A DNA stretch of 22,489 nucleotides from an archaeon. GTDB taxonomy: Archaea > Iainarchaeota > Iainarchaeia > Iainarchaeales > 1-14-0-10-31-34. The stretch lies in contig JBDRIL010000050.1 of assembly GCA_043815885.1 (NCBI GenBank), positions 1 to 22,489 on the forward strand. The letters are read 5' to 3'. The notes under the pieces were generated by a model. It was not told the DNA's origin. It ran no database searches and was given only the letters and a program-made list of their open reading frames with translations. The stretch's first letter is position 1, and every line of letters begins with the position of its first letter. Positions 17,078 through 22,489 of the stretch are shown piece after piece. The translations under genes were made by a program, and so were the position numbers.

Positions 17078-17998
17078 TTAGGTTTGAATGCTTATGGGTT
17101 TGTTTTGGGTTCTTATTGCTGAGATAAAGCCTGTTCCAAAGGAATAGCCTGCGTTTGAAAACATTGAAAAAACGTCTTCTCTTTCAACGTAGTTCTTTAG
17201 GACTGGTTTTCCCTGTATTCCTGCAAGTTCTGCTGCCTTTTGTATTGCTTCTTCCCTGTTTCCAAGCTCGTCGACCAAACCTGATTCTTTTGCCTGGCTT
17301 CCTGAAAGAATCCTTCCATCAGCAATTCTTTCAAATTCTGCTTTAGTTATTTTTCCTTTTCTTAATTCCAGTACATCGCGCTTGAAGTGAGAGAATGCAT
17401 CAGAGAGAAGTTGTTGCAGTAATTGCTCTTCTTCTTCAGTCATCTCTTCAAAAGGAGAGCCCATTGCTTTAAAGTTTCCTTCCTTCAAAACATTAACTTT
17501 TACCCCGATTTTTTCAAGAAGTCCCTCTATGTTTGGAGAGATGCTTAGAACTCCAATGCTTCCGGTGATTGAATCCTCGTCAGCCATTATAAAGTCAGAA
17601 GCAGCAGCCAAATAGTAAGCCCCTGATGCTCCGCTCTCTCCAATCCATGCAACCTTTGGTTTATTCATGGAACGGAGTTTAGCAACAATTTGTTTTGTTG
17701 CAACTATTGTTCCTCCAGGGGAATCAATATCCAGAAAGATTGCTCCAACCCTTGGATCGTTTTCTGCTTTATCCAGTGCATCAACTATTTTTTGCGAAGA
17801 GGCAAAGGAAGTAAAGCCTGTTTCCTCACTCAGTATCTCTCCCTTTACTGGAATCAATGCAATCTGTTTTGCCCCAAAAAAGCCTCCAGTAGAAACGTCC
17901 TGAAAGGGAAGGAATAGGAAAGCAACAAGTAAAGCTAATCCAATGAGTATAACCAACAAAAAACCTATCACAAATAAGAATAAAAGTGGTTTCTTCAT
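17078..17998 (-). CDS. sppA: Signal peptide peptidase SppA (36K type, S49)
   Basis: IDSPGG, GASGAYYLA, SITGSIGV, FK.MGSPF, ADGRILSG.QA and GLVDELG motifs. Confidence 0.96.
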   Translation of the reverse strand: MKKPLLFLFVIGFLLVILIGLALLVAFLFLPFQDVSTGGFFGAKQIALIPVKGEILSEETGFTSFASSQKIVDALDKAENDPRVGAIFLDIDSPGGTIVATKQIVAKLRSMNKPKVAWIGESGASGAYYLAAASDFIMADEDSITGSIGVLSISPNIEGLLEKIGVKVNVLKEGNFKAMGSPFEEMTEEEEQLLQQLLSDAFSHFKRDVLELRKGKITKAEFERIADGRILSGSQAKESGLVDELGNREEAIQKAAELAGIQGKPVLKNYVEREDVFSMFSNAGYSFGTGFISAIRTQNKPISIQT

Positions 17999-18058
17999 GT
18001 AATAATTGAATTACATCATTAGAAATAAAAAGCTAATTAATTTCATATAATACTTACA

Positions 18059-18571
18059 ATGATTGAATTTATTGCAAGGATTGCATTAATGCTTGTTCCA
18101 ATGTATTTAGCTAATTCAGGGGCAATGCTTTTAGGAGGAAAGACTCCTCTTGATTTAAACAAGAAATTCATTGATGGAAGGGAATTCCTTGGAAAGGGAA
18201 AGACCTGGAAGGGAAGTTTTTTTGGAGTAATACTTGGATTGATTGGAGCAGGCATTATTGCATTTATTTTCACTGATTTTACGGTTTTACTCACAGAGAA
18301 CTATTTATTGTATGGCTTGCTTTTGTCTGTTGGAGCAATACTTGGAGACATTGCTGGAAGTTTTTTGAAGAGAAGGCTTGCAATTCCCCCGGGAAAAGAA
18401 GCATTTCCATTGGATCAGCTTGACTTTGTATTGGGAGGAATTTTATTGGGGGGGATTCTGCATATTCCTTTAATAGAAGAAGCAGTAGTGATAATTATAT
18501 TTACAGTTATAGCCCATAAGTTCACTAACTTTATTGCATTCAAGATTAAATTGAAAAAGGTGCCTTGGTGA
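18059..18571 (+). CDS. carS: CDP-archaeol synthase CarS (DUF46)
   Basis: PMYLANSGA, P.D....FIDG..LG.GKTWKG, GDIAGSFLKRRL, PLDQLDF and C-terminal K.VPW motifs. Confidence 0.93.
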   Translation: MIEFIARIALMLVPMYLANSGAMLLGGKTPLDLNKKFIDGREFLGKGKTWKGSFFGVILGLIGAGIIAFIFTDFTVLLTENYLLYGLLLSVGAILGDIAGSFLKRRLAIPPGKEAFPLDQLDFVLGGILLGGILHIPLIEEAVVIIIFTVIAHKFTNFIAFKIKLKKVPW

Positions 18572-18588
18572 TTTAAATCAATAAATTA

Positions 18589-19053
18589 TTGCTGTTTTTA
18601 ATCAAGTTTTGCGTGATATTTGCCCTATTGCATTTAATTGTGTGGAGTGTTGACCTGAGTTTTTTAGAGAATTCAATTGCCTCTTTTGAGGCAGGGCTTA
18701 CTGGACTGGAAAGCAATGGAAATATTATAGCAATCAATGCCCAAAAAATTGAAATCAATCCCTCCTGCACGGGATTAATAAGCATAAGCATTCTTGCAGC
18801 AGTTATTTTTTCCCTAAGAAAACCAGAGTTAAAGAAGAAGATAATTATTTTTGCTGCAGGAGGAATTTCACTGCTTTTATTGAATCTCTTAAGGGTTTAC
18901 TTTGTAATAGTGGTTGGGAAAACATACGGGATTGCAGCAGGAGAGATAGCTCATGAATTAAGCTGGCTGAGCACTGCAATATTCATTATTGTTTTATGGT
19001 ATTATTTAACGAAAAGAATCACTGGAACAAAGAGCTTCAATGAATTAGTGTGA
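18589..19053 (+). CDS. Exosortase/archaeosortase family protein (start uncertain)
   Basis: Triad residues in membrane context: INPSCTG (Cys), LNLLRV (Arg), IAHELSW (His). Confidence 0.88.
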   Translation: MLFLIKFCVIFALLHLIVWSVDLSFLENSIASFEAGLTGLESNGNIIAINAQKIEINPSCTGLISISILAAVIFSLRKPELKKKIIIFAAGGISLLLLNLLRVYFVIVVGKTYGIAAGEIAHELSWLSTAIFIIVLWYYLTKRITGTKSFNELV

Positions 19054-19058
19054 TTTTA

Positions 19059-19148
19059 TATCAAAAGACATTAAAAAAGTTTCATAATTAATGTCTTTTG
19101 ATAGCTATCAAAGGACAAATTTTGTCTCTATATTTTTGTCCTTTGATA
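19059..19148. mobile_element. 90-bp double-hairpin MITE-like element, copy 3 (B- / GC / A+; exact reverse complement of copy 2)
   Basis: 90/90 match to the reverse complement of 15650-15739. Flanked by TTA (19056-19058) and TTA (19149-19151, the secD stop codon). Confidence 0.85.
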
Positions 19149-20765
19149 TTATTTTTCCCTGCTTAAAATAAATCTGACTATTTCTCCAAAGGCAGGCCTG
19201 GTGATAAATACCCCAATTAATACTCCGGAAATAGTAGTTATTGCAAATCCAACAAGTCTTCCCATTCCTGAAGAGAAAAGGATTAATGGAAACATTGTTA
19301 CAATTGTAGTGGCTGCTGCAGCAAAGATAATAAAGAAGGCCCTCTTTAACCTGTTAATGAAAGAGGTTTCCAGTTCTTCCTCTTTCCTGATTAATTCATC
19401 AGTGATAATTATTTGATGGTCGACACCTGTACCGACTGCAGCAATTATTCCTGCCATTGCAGCCAAATCAAGGTTCCATTTAATAAGGGAGGCAAATCCA
19501 AGGATTATTACTACTTCGGAAAAAGCAGTGAAAATTATTGGGAAGGTAATCCCGACAATCCTGTACCTTATATAGATTACTATCCCTATTACGATTAATG
19601 CAAGAACCCCCATTATTAATGCAGTGAACAGGAATTCACTTCCAAGAGTGGGGGAAATAGTCTCCTTGCTGATGCTTTCAACTGCAATAGGCAGTGAACC
19701 GCTCTCCAATAGTATTGCAAGGTTATCCAGTTTTTCTTTTGCGTCTTTTTCATTCAATCCATAACCCCTTATTACCAGATTGGAATACGTTTTTGCTTCC
19801 TCTATCCTGTCAATATATGGCTCCATGTTTGTTACGTCTTCGCTTAAGGAAATGACTTCTTTTACTCCAGTAACAGTCCAGATCCATGGAATGCCTTCCT
19901 CTGGCTTTACTTCTTTTACCCTGAAACCAAATGAATTCAGATCCTGCCTTACTTCTTCCGAGACAGAAGAATGAATCAATGCAGTGGGATAATCATTTGA
20001 AAGAAGATCTAATTTGGTTAACTGTTCCACTGAAAGGTTTTCATCAAAGACAATGAAAGGAGCAGATGCATTACTTAAAAGATTCTCTATATCGGTTTTT
20101 TCCGGGATTCCCACTAGCCTGTCTCCCTTCAAAAGCATTTCAGTGTCATTGGAGTAAACCAGTGAAGGAATAACCAATACTGCTTCGGTTGGCCTGTCAA
20201 TAAAGAAATAAGTTTTTTCACATTCATAGGTTCTTCCCTGTGCTGGGTCAAAGGAAGTAATCTTGCATTTATGGAAAGTCATTTCAGTGAAGTTTTTTGC
20301 ACCAAAATCACTCAAAATAAATGGAAGAGTCCATTTAATTGCTTCTCCTTCCCTTGTAATCCCATATCCTTTGGAGGGGTCTTTTGGAATCTGGATTAGG
20401 TCAGAGCCGGAAAACAATACATTTCCGTCAAGCGTTGCCTCGAATTTTCCCTGTTTTTTTAGGAGAAGTTCAATTCTCTCAATGTTTTCTGCATCGGTTT
20501 CAGCTATCTGAGCCAGAATAAATTCATTTCCAAAGGAAGTGACTTTAGTGTCCTTTAATCCAGTCCAGTCAAGCCTCTTGGAAATAATTGAAACAATGTC
20601 ACCCAATTCATCAGAGGAAACAGGTTTGACTAAATGAATCTGGAACTGGGTTCCTCCCTTGAAGTCCAAACCCAATCTCAATCCATTAAAGGAAATAATT
20701 AAAAGTGAGAGAATCAATAAACTGATAAGAAGCAGGACTCTCCAGTTCCTTAAAAGTTCCCTCAT
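19149..20765 (-). CDS. secD: Protein-export membrane protein SecD
   Basis: LRLGLDFKGG, LESGSLP, ISPTLG and GIIAAVGTGVDHQIIITDE motifs. ATGA overlap with secF. Confidence 0.96.
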   Translation of the reverse strand: MRELLRNWRVLLLISLLILSLLIISFNGLRLGLDFKGGTQFQIHLVKPVSSDELGDIVSIISKRLDWTGLKDTKVTSFGNEFILAQIAETDAENIERIELLLKKQGKFEATLDGNVLFSGSDLIQIPKDPSKGYGITREGEAIKWTLPFILSDFGAKNFTEMTFHKCKITSFDPAQGRTYECEKTYFFIDRPTEAVLVIPSLVYSNDTEMLLKGDRLVGIPEKTDIENLLSNASAPFIVFDENLSVEQLTKLDLLSNDYPTALIHSSVSEEVRQDLNSFGFRVKEVKPEEGIPWIWTVTGVKEVISLSEDVTNMEPYIDRIEEAKTYSNLVIRGYGLNEKDAKEKLDNLAILLESGSLPIAVESISKETISPTLGSEFLFTALIMGVLALIVIGIVIYIRYRIVGITFPIIFTAFSEVVIILGFASLIKWNLDLAAMAGIIAAVGTGVDHQIIITDELIRKEEELETSFINRLKRAFFIIFAAAATTIVTMFPLILFSSGMGRLVGFAITTISGVLIGVFITRPAFGEIVRFILSREK

Positions 20766-21829
20766 CTTACAACACCCTTTCTCTTTCTTTCAGTGTACCA
20801 TAAAAGCACTGGAGCATTCAATAACCATGTAACAACCAAGTCACCAATCAATCCAAAGAATAAAACTAATGCTATTTCGAATATAACCATTATCTGGCTG
20901 AAATAACTCACTGCAAGCATTACCATCACCACAGCCAGAGAAGTGAGAGTCATTGTAAGGCCTGTTCCTATTGCCCCAATAGTTCTGTCTCTTGGAGTTT
21001 TTTCCCTTCTCTTCAATACCCTTGTAGTAAGCAATACATCAGTGTCAACAGAATAACCCAAAAGCATTAAGAGAGCAGGAATAGAACTAAGGGAAAGAGG
21101 GATGCTGAACAAAGACATTCCCGCTAGAGCTGCCACTACATCAAATATTCCTGCAAAAATAATGAGTGAAGCAGGAATTATTTCCCTGAAGAAAAAGAAA
21201 ATCACTACAATTATTCCAATAAAAGCAATTATTCCAACCAACACAGCATTATCCCAGAACGCCTTTCCTAATTGCGGGCCGATCTCTCTTAATTGAAAGA
21301 AAAATCCTTTCTTTAAACCAAACTTCTCTTCCACCAAATCCTTTATCTGGTTGTGGAAGGAATCCCTTGCCTTGGAAAAGAGTTCGTCTGCTTTTTCCAC
21401 TGCATCCCTTGCACTTAATTCCGGAGGAATGCTTTCATCAATAAAAGGAGAAAGTAAAGCTACAGCATTATTTGCGCGAAGGATTGCTTCAGAATCATTT
21501 TTCTGGGATAAAGCGTTTTTTGCTTCAAGCAATTCAATTGCTGAATCACTCAATACCCTGTTTTCAGCGAACTGAATTGTAATCCCGTAACCAGCAGGAC
21601 TGGAGATAGAGTCAACCCTTAAATCAGTTAAACTGAATCTCTCCTCCAAAAGAAACTCTAGTTCCCCTGCATTAACTGGGTTCTCTGTCCTTATAATGAT
21701 TAAGGTTCCTCCCTTCAAATCAATTCCCTGCTCTATTCCGGGAAAATAAAATACCATGAATAGAAAAGCAATGAATAGTATAACTGGCACTAAAGCATAG
21801 GTTAGATAATTTTTTTCATACAAACGCAT
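20762..21829 (-). CDS. secF: Protein-export membrane protein SecF (ATG 21829)
   Basis: GIDLKGGT, IGPQLG, LLMLLGYSVDTDVLLTTRVL and TWLLNA motifs. GGTGA RBS before ATG 21829. Confidence 0.96.
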   Translation of the reverse strand: MRLYEKNYLTYALVPVILFIAFLFMVFYFPGIEQGIDLKGGTLIIIRTENPVNAGELEFLLEERFSLTDLRVDSISSPAGYGITIQFAENRVLSDSAIELLEAKNALSQKNDSEAILRANNAVALLSPFIDESIPPELSARDAVEKADELFSKARDSFHNQIKDLVEEKFGLKKGFFFQLREIGPQLGKAFWDNAVLVGIIAFIGIIVVIFFFFREIIPASLIIFAGIFDVVAALAGMSLFSIPLSLSSIPALLMLLGYSVDTDVLLTTRVLKRREKTPRDRTIGAIGTGLTMTLTSLAVVMVMLAVSYFSQIMVIFEIALVLFFGLIGDLVVTWLLNAPVLLWYTERKRKGVVR

Positions 21830-21875
21830 TTTCCTTTCACCAAGCAAAAAAAAAGGATTTTCTTCCTTAATATTA

Positions 21876-21965
21876 TGTCAAAAGATATTAATTATGAAAC
21901 TTTTTTAATGTCTTTTGATAGCCATCAAAGGACAAACTTTGTTTCTATATTTTGATCCTTTAATA
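21876..21965. mobile_element. 90-bp double-hairpin MITE-like element, copy 4 (B+ / GC / A+), diverged
   Basis: Same modules as copy 1 in swapped order with six substitutions. Flanked by TTA (21873-21875) and TTA (21966-21968). Confidence 0.8.
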
Positions 21966-22082
21966 TTATATTAATTATTTAATTAATCTTTATTAGGGTG
22001 TTTTTTTAAAGATTACGAATTCAGGTTTTTGATTAAGCAATACAATAAATTTATAAATAAGAAGAACTTATTATTAATTGAA

Positions 22083-22489
22083 ATGAAGGAAAAAGGTCAG
22101 ACAGGATTGGAGTATCTGTTAATGATTGGAGGAGTCGTACTTTTAGTTGCAGTAGCAGTAATGGTACTTACTGCCACAGGAGAAATGGGAACCAACACAG
22201 TACATAATGCACAGCACAAAGCAGAAGAAGAAATAGAAGAATTCGAAGGACCAAGAGCTGGATTCGATGTAAATACTAATTCAATAGAGATTCCTGAAGG
22301 AGACCCAGTTGAATTACATGTAGGATTTACTGATACATCAACACCAGCAGCAAATATTGTTGAATGGGAATGGGACTTTGGAGACGGAGAAACAGAAATA
22401 ATAAATGCCGCGCCAGGAGATACAACCTACCAATACACTGAATATGGAAGATTTTTGGCAATACTAAAAGTAACAGATAATGATGGAAG
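22083..22489 (+). CDS. Class III signal peptide (type IV pilin-like) protein with PKD domain, truncated by the window end
   Basis: MKEKG/QTGLEYLLMIGGVVLLVAV (KG^Q, E at +5, hydrophobic helix). PKD motifs WEWDFGDG and Y...G.F...LKVTDNDG. Confidence 0.9.
   Translation, partial: MKEKGQTGLEYLLMIGGVVLLVAVAVMVLTATGEMGTNTVHNAQHKAEEEIEEFEGPRAGFDVNTNSIEIPEGDPVELHVGFTDTSTPAANIVEWEWDFGDGETEIINAAPGDTTYQYTEYGRFLAILKVTDNDG

Noticed and set aside
7039..21965. 90-bp repeats as a CRISPR array or tRNA/known ncRNA
   Set aside because: Copies are dispersed kilobases apart with no repeat-spacer periodicity and no cas genes. No cloverleaf or T-loop motif is present.

Overview
Archaeal chromosomal segment (archaeal uS15, eS1, Kae1, Bud32, CarS, secF-secD order, class III signal peptide, GGTGA-type RBS). 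The gene set and protein style suggest a DPANN lineage, possibly Iainarchaeota/Diapherotrites, but that is inference. It holds housekeeping genes (3' end of purM, kae1, grpE-orf-dnaK-dnaJ with a divergent wHTH regulator, bud32, rps15, rps3ae, DUF92, sppA, carS, an archaeosortase, secF/secD) plus a cluster of Cys-rich surface proteins and lipoproteins, including a 1131-aa Kazal/dockerin/beta-repeat protein. The main signal is non-coding: four copies of a 90-bp double-hairpin element, each flanked by a 3-bp TTA/TAA direct repeat. Its two hairpin modules occur in three different relative orientations (flip-flop isomers). Also found: a second hairpin repeat family with a GAA triloop, a tandem palindromic candidate operator between the wHTH gene and grpE, three small genes missing from the ORF track (SWIB-like, LysW-like, and an ORF at the usual pcc1 position), and two +1 homopolymer frameshifts that may be assembly errors.
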